A DNA stretch of 64,000 nt, taken from positions 40,486,001 to 40,550,000 of the forward strand of contig OX597838.1 of NCBI GenBank assembly GCA_951406725.2. The letters run 5' to 3'. How positions within the stretch are numbered: position 1 is the first letter of the stretch; every line of letters begins with the position of its first letter. A model generated the notes under the pieces. That model worked only from the letters and a program-made list of their open reading frames with translations, did no database searches and was not told the DNA's origin. This document shows, piece after piece, positions 1-14,639 of the stretch. Source of the DNA: Octopus vulgaris. Its lineage: Eukaryota. Both the position numbers and the translations under genes were made by a program.

Positions 1-37
<37 letters not shown>

Positions 38-188
38 CCTGCTGTATCCTTATCAGACGGGTGGTCATGATGGGTATATTGGGTTTCGTATATGTTACTC
101 AAGCGTCACTTTGATGGCCTGCACTGTTCTCTTAATAATAATAATGGCGATGATGATGATCATCATAATAATAATAATAATAATAATG

Positions 189-701
<513 letters not shown>

Positions 702-750
702 CGTTTAAATATTTATTGGCTAAACTGGCAATATGACCATTCCGAAATAT

Positions 751-800
<50 letters not shown>

Positions 801-830
801 TATATATATATATATATATATAACTATATA

Positions 831-1040
831 CCACCCGTTGACGAGGGACAACAATCCCGAAACTAGTTCCAGCGTATCACTCAGGCGTGCGAGGAAGTGA
901 TGGCCTCCCTTTGCAAATACTCCAAGGACACTGATATTGTGTCTAAAGCCAGCTAGAGACGAAGATCTCTTGGGGCTATAAAGCTACAGTAACACCCCCT
1001 CCCCAATGTGGTTAGCCATGATAAGATGGCTTCTATACTT
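831..1040 (+). mobile_element. Penelope pLTR-like insert in (TA)n with a degenerate hammerhead motif
   Basis: TTGACGA-ggga-caacaa-tccc-GAAA-ctag-TT at 838-868; flanked on both sides by tatatatataactatata (TSD-like). Confidence 0.5.
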
Positions 1041-1123
1041 TATATATATATATAACTATATATATATAGCGCCTCCACGTATATATATAACTATATTTAT
1101 ATATATATATATATATATATATA

Positions 1124-1435
1124 CGTGGAGGCGCAATGACCCAGTGGTTAGGGCAGCGGACTCGCGGTCGTAGGATCGCGGTTTCGATTCCCAGACCGGG
1201 TGTTGTGAGTATTTATTGAGCGAAAACACCTAAAGCTCCACGAGGCTCCGGCAGGGTGTTGTGGCGATCCCTGCTGTACTCTTTCACCACAAATTTCTCT
1301 CACTCTTTCTTCTGTTGGCCTGCTCGCTTAACCAGCGAGGTGGCATCATTTGAAGGCTAAAACAATGCGAAGCTCATTGTGACCAGCGATGTGTAGCAAC
1401 ATCTGATAGCCTGGTCGTTCACTGTGATCACGGTG
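1124..1435 (+). mobile_element. tRNA-derived SINE, family A
   Basis: Head gtggaggcgcaatgacccagtggttagggcagcgg...ggtttcgattccc with A/B boxes; tail shared with copies at 8430, 28782 and 59615. Confidence 0.85.
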
Positions 1436-1446
1436 ATATATATATA

Positions 1447-1490
<44 letters not shown>

Positions 1491-1514
1491 TATTTACATA
1501 TATATATATATATC

Positions 1515-1576
<62 letters not shown>

Positions 1577-1577
<1 letters not shown>

Positions 1578-3085
1578 TAGCTGAAGGTGACCCGCTCTAC
1601 GCACGGGTAAGAGTGTGGTTGTTACTTTCTGTTGCTTCCTTTCAGCACGTAAAAAGTACCATCCGAACGTGGCGGATTGCAGCGCCGCCTTGACTGGCTT
1701 CTGTGCCAGTGACACGTAAAAAGCACCAACCGATCGTGGCCATTGCCAGCCCCCCTGGCACCTGTGCCGGCGGCACGAAAAATGCAACAACTACGCTCAC
1801 AGAGTGGTTGGCGTTAGGAAGGGTATCCACCTGTAGAAACACTGCCAGATCAGACTGGAGCCTGGTGCAGCCTCCTGGCTTCCCAGACCCTGGTCAAACT
1901 GTCCAACTCGTGCTAGCACGGAAAACGGACGTTAAACGATGATGATGATGATGATTCTCCCTCTTTGTTTCTCTCTTCTTTCTCTCTCACTTTCCCCACT
2001 CTCTTACTCTTCCTTTCTCTCGGACTCTCCCTCGCTTTCTCTTACTCTCTATCTTTATCTATCTCTCTCCCATTTATAAACAACAAAATATCTTGAGTAA
2101 GTTGAGAAATAAAATATTTAGAAAGATCAATCATAAATATGAGGCAGTAACAACGGAAAGGTCTGCTTCAAGGCAGACAGCAAAACACTAACATTTAAAA
2201 GGGACAGACGAACTTGCGAGCTGAATAAAAATAATAAAATATTGGAAACCAAAGTTTGAAGGGATAGAATCTGAGGGTAGTAGAGTCAGCATGGCTGGCA
2301 TTTCTTAACGACGGACAGCAACGGTTTGACAGTTTAACGGCTGGCGTAAAATTTTGAACTTGATGTAAAAGAAAATCCGTAAACACTAAGTTTTGAAGTG
2401 ATTCTTTTTCACAACAGTAGACTCACCATGGCAAGCATTCAAAACTTCTTCATCATGGACGGCAACACATTGACGATTAAAAGGCTGGCGCAAATTTTTT
2501 AGCTTGATGTAACAGAGAATTCCTAAACACCCGCTCCTTTAAATTTTAATCCCCTTCCAGCCCCATTTAGACCCCTTTTCACATTTTGGTTAATATAACG
2601 TGATTTCATTCGGGTGTACTGGGGCCACATTTTATAAGATGAGGAATTTTGTCCTAGAGGTTACGCCTTTCATTTGAGGGAAAAAAATAGTTGTCATGCA
2701 AACTTGCCAGCACTTTTAACATAGGTCTGCATCTATGTATGTGTGTGTGTGTATGTATGTGTATGTATGTGTGTATGTGTGTGTATGTATGTGTGTGTGT
2801 ATGTATGCATTTCCATTGAGTCAACCTCATTTCTACATAGCAGACCGTTACATAAACAGACAAAGGTACATACATACATGCACACTCACACATACATACA
2901 CACACATACACACATACATAGATACATACACACACACACATACATGCATACATACATATACACATACATGCATACACACGCACGCACTACAAAAACCGAG
3001 TAAAAAATTTCTGTTATCTCTCTCTTTCACACAGACAGATACGTAAAAGAAGGCCGTTTGTATGAAATAGAGTGAGTATTGTGTG

Positions 3086-3117
<32 letters not shown>

Positions 3118-3548
3118 GGTGGTGGCGATGATAATTATCGTTAGGAAAAAGAGTGAGTGAGGAAGACATATACATAAATTGTGGCGATGATAATTCTCCC
3201 TATGAATGCAAACAGATACATCAAAGAAAGCCGCCTGACGACCTTATAAAGGCAAAGTGAAAGGGAGTTGAGGGGAATACATTAAATAACGGGAGTGGAC
3301 ATTGTCAACGTTATAAATGAAGGGGAGTAAGAGAGGGAAAGAAGGAAATAGTGTGAGTGAAGAAGCTGGCCCCTAGCAACCACACCCTTTAAGATAGGGA
3401 TTTCTAAGGTAGCCCACGAGCATCGTCACCTCATTCTACATGTCCCTGTAAATTTTGGAGAGAATCGGACGGGTCGTAGTGGCATTGAAAGCGATCCAAG
3501 CGGTAAAAACGCATTTCAGTTTTATATATATAAGTTTTATATATAGAG

Positions 3549-3549
<1 letters not shown>
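1577..3549 (-). mobile_element. Putative non-autonomous Helitron-like element with nested repeats
   Basis: CTAG at 1577-1580 next to GC hairpin cccg..cggg; far end gttttatatatagagat matches the 5' TC ends of other Helitron-like copies; internal direct repeats near 2320-2530. Confidence 0.45.
1644..1955 (+). mobile_element. SINE 3' portion with internal tandem units and (GAT)n tail
   Basis: Three cacgtaaaaagcacc-like units; ends ggacgttaaacgatgatgatg. Confidence 0.65.
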
Positions 3550-3643
<94 letters not shown>

Positions 3644-3679
3644 TATATATAAACATATATATATACATACATATATATA

Positions 3680-3953
3680 TGTGTGTATTTAGGGCTAAAA
3701 AAACATTATGTGGACAGCCATATGTTAGAAGTAGATCACATACGATCTAACTGCAAAGAAAGAATGTTCTCCAGAGAAAATTCAGCGTATGTGATCTACT
3801 TCTAGCATATGGCTGTCCATATAGTGTTTTTTTAACCCTAAATATACACACGTATTTTCTCTGATTTTTTGAGATTTTTATATGCTAGGCTACTGGTTTT
3901 AAATTGATATTAATCAAATTAATATTCAATTTATCTCCCTCATTATTTAAATG

Positions 3954-3955
<2 letters not shown>
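3680..3955 (+). mobile_element. Fold-back insert (about 64-bp imperfect inverted arms plus unique tail) between (TA)n tracts
   Basis: gtgtgtatttagggctaaaaaaacattatgtggacagccatatgttagaagtagatcacatacg versus its near reverse complement at about 3786-3849. Confidence 0.7.
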
Positions 3956-4001
<46 letters not shown>

Positions 4002-4116
4002 ATGAGAGGAACAATACAAAGACAGACAAAAAGTGTGAGGGTTTACATATGATGAAATGATAAAAAACAAGACAGACATATATACATACATATATACATA
4101 TATAAATATAAATATA

Positions 4117-4190
<74 letters not shown>

Positions 4191-6144
4191 CATATATGCA
4201 TGAATTCAGATCCATCGATAATGGGAAATCTGAAGTCCAGACATCATGAAAAAAATATAAAAACGATTTTAAAGTGAAGCAAAATTATTTAACTCCTCTC
4301 TGAAACCAATAAATTCACGGTAGAGGAAAAAAGAAGATAAATATTGAAGAAAGATAATCTAACAAAGACAGACCCGAAACCAACGATCCTCTGTAAATCA
4401 ATACGAATCTGTTTGGAAGAATTGTTTCAATGATTCTTTGTACGAAGCAAAGAGCTCCACTGCAGCCCAGAATGATTTGATTACGAAGTAGGTCAAAATA
4501 AGTTATAAATCAATGCAGAGAAGTAGCAGAACATTTATACAATGAAGAAACATATAAATAGCAAATCAATCACAAGGAGCCATTTTTACTTTCAAAACAA
4601 CCACTGTCGCACCTAAATGACCAGTCGAAGCCATATCAGTACACGAAGTAAGCTAGAACACCTCACAAGAAACAGGCTACGAAATCACATTAAGATACAT
4701 TAAGATTCCAAACGTCAGTGAAAATATATTTTCAAAGACATATACGACGGTAGCACAGATGTTTAATACGATAGAGAAGGAGCCGAAGACAACACTTAAG
4801 AGCCGAGCCGAGCCGCACTGAGAAGGGAATCATCTTTTTCGTCAAATCTATTGGGAAGTCAAACACTAAGAACAACAAATACATAAGCCATTTTTAGCAA
4901 TTCCCAACGCCTTAATGGTTATATTAATACAGAAGATAATTAAACGTCTGGAAAAATAGTAAGATATTTTCAGTCTTTACTGGAGGAGATGTAACAAGTC
5001 CTTATTTTACTGAGAGATTACCCTTCGTCTGTGTTGGTATTCCACCCGCCAACGTTATGCTCCAGAACATGTAAAGTCACATCCCAGGTGAGAGCTGGGT
5101 GCGAGGTAAGAATCAGTGGCACATGAGAAGTCCTATGAAGGAATTGACAACAGTAGTTTAACTAAGTAGAGGGGATCGGGTAGTCCTCCCATGCGGCGCT
5201 TTATGGGGCGGGTGCACTTTGGGGTTTACTGTATAAGCCTGTATAGGAGAAATGGGGAGCGGCAAATTCAAGGGCTATACCGGCTGGCACACGCTCTAGT
5301 TACAGCACTGTTCAGTAGGGCTCCTACCAATGGGAGTCACTTTCCCTCCACTTTCTCTCTCTCACTCTCATTTTCTCTCTCTCTTTCTCTGAATTCTATA
5401 ACTCTTCGCTAATTAAAAGATTTATTGAAAAATTGTACGAGACAGACATTAAATTTATTTTATCTGTTTTCTTTTAATTTTCGTTTCTTTTTCAATGTAC
5501 TTCTTCGAATTTAATTTATTTCACTAAGCCAAGGTAGAGGTTCAAATGATAGTAAAGGTAGCTTGAAGAAGGGGAAAAAGCTAGAAATAGCTATGAAATT
5601 ACTGTTAAATATCTTTCAACAATATATTCTACACTTATGGATCAAGGATAAGTAAATCCGTGAAACATGATAGATAAAAAAACACACAAAAGGATGAATA
5701 ATAAGAAAACAAATAATAACCTCATCTCCATCTCTCACAGCTTTTTCTCTCTGACGCTAAAGCTTTTATGAAACATATTCAACCAGATTAACTGGGTAAA
5801 ACATAATGTGGATTTGTGCAACATGTCCCTAAACCGTACAATGAGGGTAATAGACGTGAAACACTGCTACAGATAACGCAGGGATTGTGGTAGAAAATGC
5901 GCCATTTTGAAAGAAAAAAAACGTATACAAGAGAATTAGAAGCACAAATTTATACGTGCAGAGAGCAGGATACAGACACACACATACACGCGAAGACACA
6001 CACGCACATCTTAATCAGACACACGTACAATAATACAAATAATGAAAATATGAGTGAATGTTTTAGAGGCATCAGGTTAATCCCTAAAGCAGAGATTAAT
6101 TAAAAACAACATAATAAATAGCCGTCGGTAGTCGGGTTGCTTGA

Positions 6145-6398
6145 AGAAGTAGAAGAAGAAGAAGAAGAAGAAGAAGAAGAAGAAGAAGAAGGAAGAAGAG
6201 GAAGGAGGAGGAGGAGGAGATAAAGAAGAAGAAGAAGAAGAAGAAGAAGAAGAAGAAGAAGAAAAGAAAGAAGAAGAAGAAGAAGAAGAAGAAGAAAAGA
6301 AAGAAGAAGAAAAGAAAGAAAAAGAAGAAGAAGAAGAAAAGAAAGAAGAAGAAAAGAAAGAAGAAGAAAAGATAGAAGAAGAAAAGAAAGAAGAAGAA

Positions 6399-6432
<34 letters not shown>

Positions 6433-6603
6433 AAGAAGAAAAGAAAGAAGAAAAGAAAGAAGAAGAAAAAAAAGAAGAAGAAAAGAAAGAAGAAAAGAAA
6501 GAAGGAGAAGAAGAAGAAGAGAAAGAAGAAGAAGAAGAAGAAGAAGAAGAAGGAGATGAAGAAGAAGAGAAAGAAGAAGAAAAAGAAGAAGAAGAAGAAA
6601 AGA

Positions 6604-6635
<32 letters not shown>

Positions 6636-6980
6636 GAAGAAAAAGAAGAAAAAGAAAAAGAAGAGGAAGAAGAAAAGAAAGAAAGAAAAAGAAGAAGAAG
6701 ACGACGAAGAAGAAGAAGAAGAAGAAGACGAAGAAGAAGAAGAGAAAGAAGAAGAAGAAGAAGAAGAAGAAGAAGAAGAAGAAGAAGAAGAAGAAGAAGA
6801 AGAAGAAGAAGAAGAAGAAAAAGAAGAAGAAGAAGAAGAAGAAGAAAAGAAAGAAGAAGAAAAGAAAGAAAAGAAGAAGAAGAAGAAAAGAAAGAAGAAG
6901 AAAGAAGAAGAAAAGAAGAAGAAGAAAGAAAGAAGAAGAAAGAAGAAGAAAAGAAAGAAGAAGAAAAGAAAGAAGAAGAA

Positions 6981-7012
<32 letters not shown>

Positions 7013-7508
7013 GAAGAAAAGAAAGAAGAAAAGAAAGAAGAGAAGAAGAGAGAGAAGAAGAAGAAGAAGAAGAAGAAGAAGAAGAAGAAGAAGAAGAGAA
7101 GAAGAAGAAGAAGAAGAAGAAGAAGAAGAAGAAGAAGAAGAAGAAGAAGAAGAAGAAAGAAAAGAAGAAAAAAAAAAGAAGAGGAAGAAGAAAAGAAAGA
7201 AGAAAAAGAAGAAGAAGAAGAAGAAGAAGAAGAAGAAGACGAAGAAGAAGAAGAAGAAGAAGAAGAAGAAGAAGAAGAAGAAGAAGAAGAAGAAGAAGAA
7301 GAAGAAGAAGAAGAAGAAGAAGAAGAAGAAGAAGAAGAAGAAGAAGAAGGAGATGAAGAAGAAGAGAAGAAGAAGAAGAAGAAGAAGAAGAAGAAGAAGA
7401 AAGAAGAAGAAAATGAAGAAGTTGAAAAGAAGAAGAAGAAGAAGAAGAAGAAGAAGAAGAAGAAGAAGAAGAAGAAGAAGAAGAAGAAGAAGACGAAGAC
7501 GAAGAAGA
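6145..7508. repeat. About 1.36-kb compound (GAA)n polypurine tract
   Basis: Direct reading: GAA with GAAAA/GAAA/GAG variants. Confidence 0.98.
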
Positions 7509-8209
7509 ATTGTTTACAAATACTGTAAAGTGTTCAGTTTTAATTGTTGCATCGTTTGTTAAGTTTTTAAAAACTAAACATTATCGATTGACTGATAACA
7601 TTATCGATTGACTGATAACCTTCCTTGGACGCTCGAAATTAAAAACCATGAAAAGCAAATATAAAAGATATTGACAGAAATTAAATTCTCAACACATTGA
7701 AAAACCAACAAAACCTTCCAATGCGATCAGACATATTTGTCGTAATCGAGTTAGAAATTTCCTTCTTGGGTATATAAGAACAACACCCTCGCCCAATATT
7801 TAACAACGGCATTATAAGGATTCAGTCGATTAACTTCGCTATGAAATACCAACATTGGCAACTCTGGGACAATTAACCTGATGGAAGATTCCTGGTTGTT
7901 ACAGCCAAGTTATATGTCAATGGCCTATCTCGTCATCTTCAAAGCAACAGTGGAATTCTCTGTCATTATTATGAGTCCCAATAAATTTCCGCTGATTTGG
8001 GAGAGAGGAGGAAACAGAAATATCCGATGCATGCTACAATGTGAGGAATTTTGAGTGATTTTTAGGAGTTCGAAATTCCTCTGTGATTCCACAAATGCAT
8101 AATGCATGTTTATGAATGATTCTTCTTTTGGACTTGGGATTAAAATCATTCTTTGGAATCATTCTTGAGCAACACCAGACCAACACACGCTCACATCACG
8201 CATACATAG

Positions 8210-8254
8210 GTGTGTGTGTGCACGGAGTTGGCAAGAATGTGTGCGTGTATAGTA

Positions 8255-8304
<50 letters not shown>

Positions 8305-8343
8305 CATGTACCTATACACGCACACATTCTTGCCAACTCCGTG

Positions 8344-8354
<11 letters not shown>
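8210..8354. repeat. Inverted repeat (about 43-bp arms) centred on (TA)n
   Basis: gtgcacggagttggcaagaatgtgtgcgtgtatag ... ctatacacgcacacattcttgccaactccgtgcac. Confidence 0.9.
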
Positions 8355-8388
<34 letters not shown>

Positions 8389-8429
8389 GTATGTATTTAT
8401 GTATGTATGTATATATATATATATATATA

Positions 8430-8541
8430 TCACCGTGACCGACCAGGCTATCAGATGTTGCTACACATCGCTGGTCACAATGCGCTTCGCATTGTTTTAG
8501 CCTTCAAATGAGGCCACCTCGCTGGCTAAGTGAGCAGGCCA
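8430..8541 (-). mobile_element. SINE family A tail fragment between (TA)n tracts
   Basis: Reverse complement of about 1315-1435. Confidence 0.85.
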
Positions 8542-8624
<83 letters not shown>

Positions 8625-10396
8625 ATTACAAGCATAATCGCAATAAAATATAACACACATGAGATTCTAGACCACCACCTACCCAAATTTATACACACAC
8701 ACAAATGTTCTCCTGCCTTACATTTCCTTACTTATGAATGTATACGTGCGCGTGTGTGTGTGTGTGTGTGTGTGTGTCATGTGACTATATATTGCGTCTA
8801 TAATTCATAAGTGCATTGAGTCTAGATTTATTCAACGTCTCTTGTCATTGGTTAGTCTGTTTTAAATATATTATCATACATTTCATACGGTTTCCTAATC
8901 ATTGAAATCCGCCTTGCTGAACAAAACTTTGTTGCTCTCGGGCTGCGTTGGGAATGATCAATAGAATTATATTTGCAATCTCAATTCATGATTTGTACTC
9001 TGTAGTTTAGTAATCAGGACCATAACTCTTTTTTTTACACTATTAATAGTTCCCAAGGGTTTTTAGATAGCAGGCAAGCAAACTAACAACAGCCATAACC
9101 GTTCTACGGGAATGGCGGTTCCAGGAACAAGGGCATCAGGATAATTGATTAAAGACAATGTGCAGCAAGAATGTTTCGCCTCGAGTTCTAAGGGGCCAAT
9201 CATCTCGACGTGTCAAGTGTGGCATGTTATAGATAATTCCATATTGTGTCCATCTCCTGTAGGCACCATCTTGAGATGGACAATCGACAAGAAACAAACA
9301 AGGAAGTATTCGTATAGGTGTAGTTCGGAGTACTGCTAGAAATAGCAACTAAACTTTCATCAAATCAAGAAAGCATTTTATAAGGGCATCTATCGGAAGA
9401 AACACAGATTGCCGGTAATATGTAGAGTGTTTTCATCGTGCGGCCTTTCATTCAGGGTAGAGCAAAAGTTAAACAACTATGCTACTACTACTACTGTTGC
9501 TGTTACTACTACTACGTCCGCATGCAGTGAAATAGGAAGTTTGCAAACGCATTTTCTTTCTTTTTAAAAAGTTTGAATTTAAATGCTGCTAATTCTGGAA
9601 TTTAAACAAATACAGCTAATTTTTTATGCCTTTATCTATTTCAGACGTTGAGCTGCGGCTATTCCAGGCATTGCTTTGACGGGTTTGGGTAAATCAACTC
9701 ACAGTACTTATTTCTTTCACAACTTGAAAGATATTCGGTCGATATCTGCTTTCGAACCATTGTTACGGGGACGTTAACAAAACATCACCGGATGTCAAGC
9801 AGTTGCGGGTGTCAGACTAAAAACGCGCACATGCTTCACACACACACACACATACACACGCGCGCGCGTACACGCCACACCCTCATACACACAGCGGAAT
9901 ACCAAACTATCAATCAAATTCATTCACAAAACATTGGTCGGTTTGGGGCAGAAAACACTTGGTGAAAATGTCACACAACGGAACCGAACCCAAAGCCCCG
10001 TTGTTACGGCTTCACACTCACTACTACTCTTGACAGTTACTGATGGCTCTTTAGACATGCTGGCCAGAAGTAGTTCTTTTACGTTGGAGGTGAATACAGA
10101 CACCTGGCTCCCTGTTGAAGATAAGAAGAGCCGGAATTTTTTTTTTTTTTCTTGAAGCAGTTTCCCCATTTCTTAAAGAGCTACTGACACTGAAATTCAA
10201 CGAAAATTGTATATAATCCCATTAAAATTAACACACCAAAGTATAATTCGATTTTAAGGAAATATGAATGATCTTCAGCTTTAATACATATTTTATATTA
10301 GTTTTTGAAAGTGTCCATCAAAATCGAATTGATATATTTGATACTCACAATATCAATGCCTTCAACAGACTCAATCAAAGTGACACATTCGTCAAT

Positions 10397-10646
10397 AATT
10401 CAATTCAATTCAATTTTTATTGGCTCAAAAAACAAAAGCAAGGCCATGTAGGGTGACAGGGGGGGTGGTCATACAAAGAGTTCAGGCCATTTCTGGTCAA
10501 GAGAGACTGTGAACCGAGCGGTCGTCGGCATCTTCACTATCACGTCCGGCAGCTTATTCCACGGATCCGCAACCCGGACGGAGAAAGCCCCTCTCCTTCG
10601 ATTGAGATGAAATCGTCGTAGATAGAGTGACCCCGCAGCCCACGCT
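10397..10646 (-). mobile_element. CR1-clade LINE 3' end
   Basis: Minus-strand LRRFHLNRRRGAFSVRVADPWNKLPDVIV (FSxRVxxxWNxLP motif), short UTR, (TTGAA)n-type tail. Confidence 0.75.
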
Positions 10647-10749
10647 CAATTGATATTGTCATGCTATAACAGAGTATCATATTATATTCTAGTACAAATG
10701 ATATCATGATATGTTATGACACTAATATTATCGTAATATCATTTCTACT

Positions 10750-10927
10750 CTAGACACAAGGCCTGAAAGTTGTGGCAAGAGGCACGATGATTGTACTCAA
10801 CAGGTACATCCGAAAAGATGAAAGGCAAAGTCGACTTCGGCGGAATTTGAATTGAGAATATAAAACCGAAAGAAATGCCACAATGCATTTTGTACGGGGT
10901 GCCAACGATTCTGCAATCTCACCGCCT
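10750..10927 (-). mobile_element. Decayed SINE family C (Meta-domain-like)
   Basis: gatgaaaggcaaagtcgacttcggcggaatttgaa is the reverse complement of the core of the 22517 copy. Confidence 0.75.
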
Positions 10928-10958
10928 AAATATTATCATAATATATTATTATAATATA

Positions 10959-11332
10959 TCTTTATATATAAAAGTAAGGTTGTGTGTCTGTCTCCTACGA
11001 TTTAGATTCCTAACTACTCCCACATTTTGCGGTGCAGTTTAACCAAAACCGGGTATCTTATAGTCGTGATTCATATCGACGATGAGTCTGCGATTTAAAA
11101 AAAAAATTACCATCATTTTTTTTCCATTTTAATGCATTTTTTCGCTATTATATAAGGGAAGTAACTCTCTAAAAATGTCTACGATGAGTCAACAATTTTT
11201 AAAAGAAAGTTACCGTCATTTTTCTTTCCATTTTTAATGCATTTTTTTGCTATTTTTTTGCTATAACTCTCTAAAAATGCTTATATAGTTATTTCCCTTA
11301 CAAACCCGAGCAACGCCGGGTGATACTGCTAG
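10959..11332 (+). mobile_element. Non-autonomous Helitron-like element
   Basis: 5' A|TC, 3' hairpin cccgagcaacgccggg followed by CTAG|T; 3' end shared with 46915. Confidence 0.75.
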
Positions 11333-12286
11333 TTATTATTGAACTTATTAGGTCGCCGTTATTTTCGTGGAGAAGATCATAACTGCGGATCGATTCCAGA
11401 TATGAAAATAATAAAAAGAATAATAAAAACAAGACCAATTCCTCGGCTTTTCTTTCTCTCTTCTGTGTATTAGCCACGATTATCGGGAAGTTTATTTTTC
11501 TGCCTGTACCTCCTAACAAAGAGCGGTTCTATGCAAAAGAGAATGCAATGAATATCGATGCACCAAACCATCCTGCAACACCTCAACCGGAAGCTTAGTC
11601 TGTATGCTTACAACAGAGTAAACTTCACTAACACTACCGAAAGGCCAGAAGGCAGTGTAAAGCTATTTTATACATTCGGCTTCCACACCCTTTGCTACTA
11701 AAACCTCCGACAAGAGTACAACATTATAATACGGAGGAACGAGCAACAAAAAACACTGTTTTATTGGCTACTGAGTCCCCCAGTTCTAGAGTTTTGCAGC
11801 TTTGAGAGACGAAGTGTCATGAACTCCTTGTCTCCATTGGCGTCTTTGAAGGTCAAATTTTTTATTCACTCTTTTAAGACGATAAAAGTAAGAAGTGGGT
11901 GTCTACACAAGTTATTTATTCTAATGCACCAGTTTATCTGTCTTCTTGTTTCGTCAAATTTTACATCATAGTCGATATTTGCCAAAAGTTTTCAGCTAAC
12001 ATTGAAATATTTGTCAGCAGCCTCAAACATCACGGAAGTTAGAAAACAATTTATTCTTTAATCGTTTCATGTCTACCGTTGTTTATGTTTAGAAAACTAT
12101 CAGGGTTTTATGGATTTTGAACCAGAAAATCTAATCATTATTCCATCTGAAATTCACATGAAATTCGAACCACGATACAAATACTGTGATCCAGTAAACT
12201 ATATCTTTATATGTGTGTGTGTGTATGTATTCACACACACACACATACAAACACACGCGCACACACACACACACACACATACAAAC

Positions 12287-12343
<57 letters not shown>

Positions 12344-12559
12344 AACAGGGGAGTATCTGTGTAGGTTGGTATATACAAATATAATTGCATAAAACTTAAG
12401 TCATTTAGAGTAAAAACGATCTTTCAACATATTTCTACCTCAGCTAATGATGGGCGTGTGGATGTGTGTGCGTGCGTGTGTGTGTATGCGTGTGGGCATA
12501 AACGTATACATACACATCTCATATAATATGCATGTATATATATACATGCATATTATATT

Positions 12560-12737
12560 TTTCTCACCATTTTTTCTCTCCTTGTTTCTCTCCTTGTTTT
12601 TTTTTTCTGTGTCCCTTTCTGTAGAAGAGCGTAGGCTCGAAGCGTAAAAGACTTTTTCTATTCCTGAGCGTTATACTAATACATCTGTTTGTTTTGTACA
12701 CCACCTGTCTTCGTCTTTTGTTTCTTTCGTAAGCTCT

Positions 12738-12740
<3 letters not shown>
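12560..12740 (+). mobile_element. Penelope pLTR-like family X with variant hammerhead, ending in (TA)n
   Basis: Near-identical to 38800-39010 and to the reverse of 28515-28722; motif cttt-CTGTAGA-a-gagc-gtag-gctc-GAAG-cg-TA-aaag. Confidence 0.65.
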
Positions 12741-12792
<52 letters not shown>

Positions 12793-13031
12793 AAATAGAA
12801 AGATGAATAATCTTGTTGCAGATTAATCAAAAGTTTAACCGATACCTTGGTAGCAAAAATCACAGCAGAAGACAGCACGGTTGGAGGTACAACCATATGG
12901 TGTTGCAACTTTGTGTTGGTGCAGATAATTGAATTTTAATATTATTAGTGAATTGAAGAAATGGAGTTGAACGAAGATTGAACAGAAATCGTTTTATTGC
13001 ATTCTACACGTGTTTCGAAAGGCACAATGTA

Positions 13032-13071
<40 letters not shown>

Positions 13072-13117
13072 AATCTATCTATCAATCTATCTATCTATCT
13101 ATCTATCTATCTATATA

Positions 13118-13251
<134 letters not shown>

Positions 13252-13646
13252 TACATACATAAGAATGTATGTATGTATGTATGTATGTATGTATGTATGT
13301 ATGTATGTATGTATGTATGTATGTGTGTACGCATGCAGACATACATACGCGGAGTATAAAATATCAATTATTACATTGGAAAACATAACCTTATTTTGAC
13401 AAAGTCATTATATTACAATGAGCGCTGAATGAAACATCATAAAAAGGACATAAAAAGGACATAAAGGACATAAGTAATGTTGTGTTAGAGTGAGAGAGAA
13501 AGGAAGAGAGAAAGAGAGAAAGAGAGAGAGAGATTCGTGTTCCGGGACATCCAAAGGAAAGTGAATAAGTGTATATTTATATACAACGAACTACAACAGT
13601 GTACCCGTTCACATCAAAGCGAAAAAGTCGTTCCTACACGCATCAA

Positions 13647-13758
<112 letters not shown>

Positions 13759-14062
13759 TAGAAATATGTTACGAAAAGAAAATATAAGATACACGTGGAA
13801 ATGTAAGGGTAAAATATGAAAAATCAACGAAAATGCACATTGCAAATAAAAAAGGCTATTTATGACAGGTAACGACAAATATATACATTTAGATTGACTT
13901 AGGTAGTAATACTAGTCATAAAGGTCATTATTATGAGATGATTATAAGATGATAATAAAGTAAGAGAACAAAACAGACCATGGTTTACGCGAAGGCTATT
14001 CATCGTTTGATGCAAGTATTAATATCCACATACATATATGTGTGGGTGCGTGTGTATGTGCG

Positions 14063-14107
<45 letters not shown>

Positions 14108-14312
14108 ATGAGTATATATATAATGACTATACATATACATTAAACTAGACACACACATTAAACTTTATAGATGACTACATACGCACATCAAAAACATTGA
14201 ACCAGCTGACATCAAATTAAGCAAAGTGCTTTTATGCACTGTCCTTAATCGATCCTTTAAATCACAGTTCACGGACATGCTAACCCAGTACAGAATTTAT
14301 AGATATAAGTAA

Positions 14313-14390
<78 letters not shown>

Positions 14391-14639
14391 TGATGTGTAT
14401 AAAACATCACTGTCCGACAGCATGATATATTTTCTTGTGAAGTGTATATAGTATAAAGACAATAAATGTTATTGTAAAACTGACTCAGTTATAAAGTTTG
14501 GGCTGGAGTTAACTTCGCATCAACTTAGTTTCAATGAAATTACACGGACGACGCTTAATATTAAATCAATATTACTACATACATAACATTTCCTGATGGT
14601 CTGTCATTATCGGAAATACGCTGTGTTGTCTTTTAAAAT

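Noticed and set aside
1124-1200. tRNA gene
   Set aside because: tRNA-like head continues into a multicopy SINE body; no proper acceptor stem or terminator.
4970-5110. Possible host exon with gtgag/gtaag donors (also 10037-10091, 33330-33440, 60480-60690)
   Set aside because: No recognisable protein similarity or consistent multi-exon frame.
7353-7562. Protamine-like poly-Arg ORF
   Set aside because: Translation of the (GAA)n tract.
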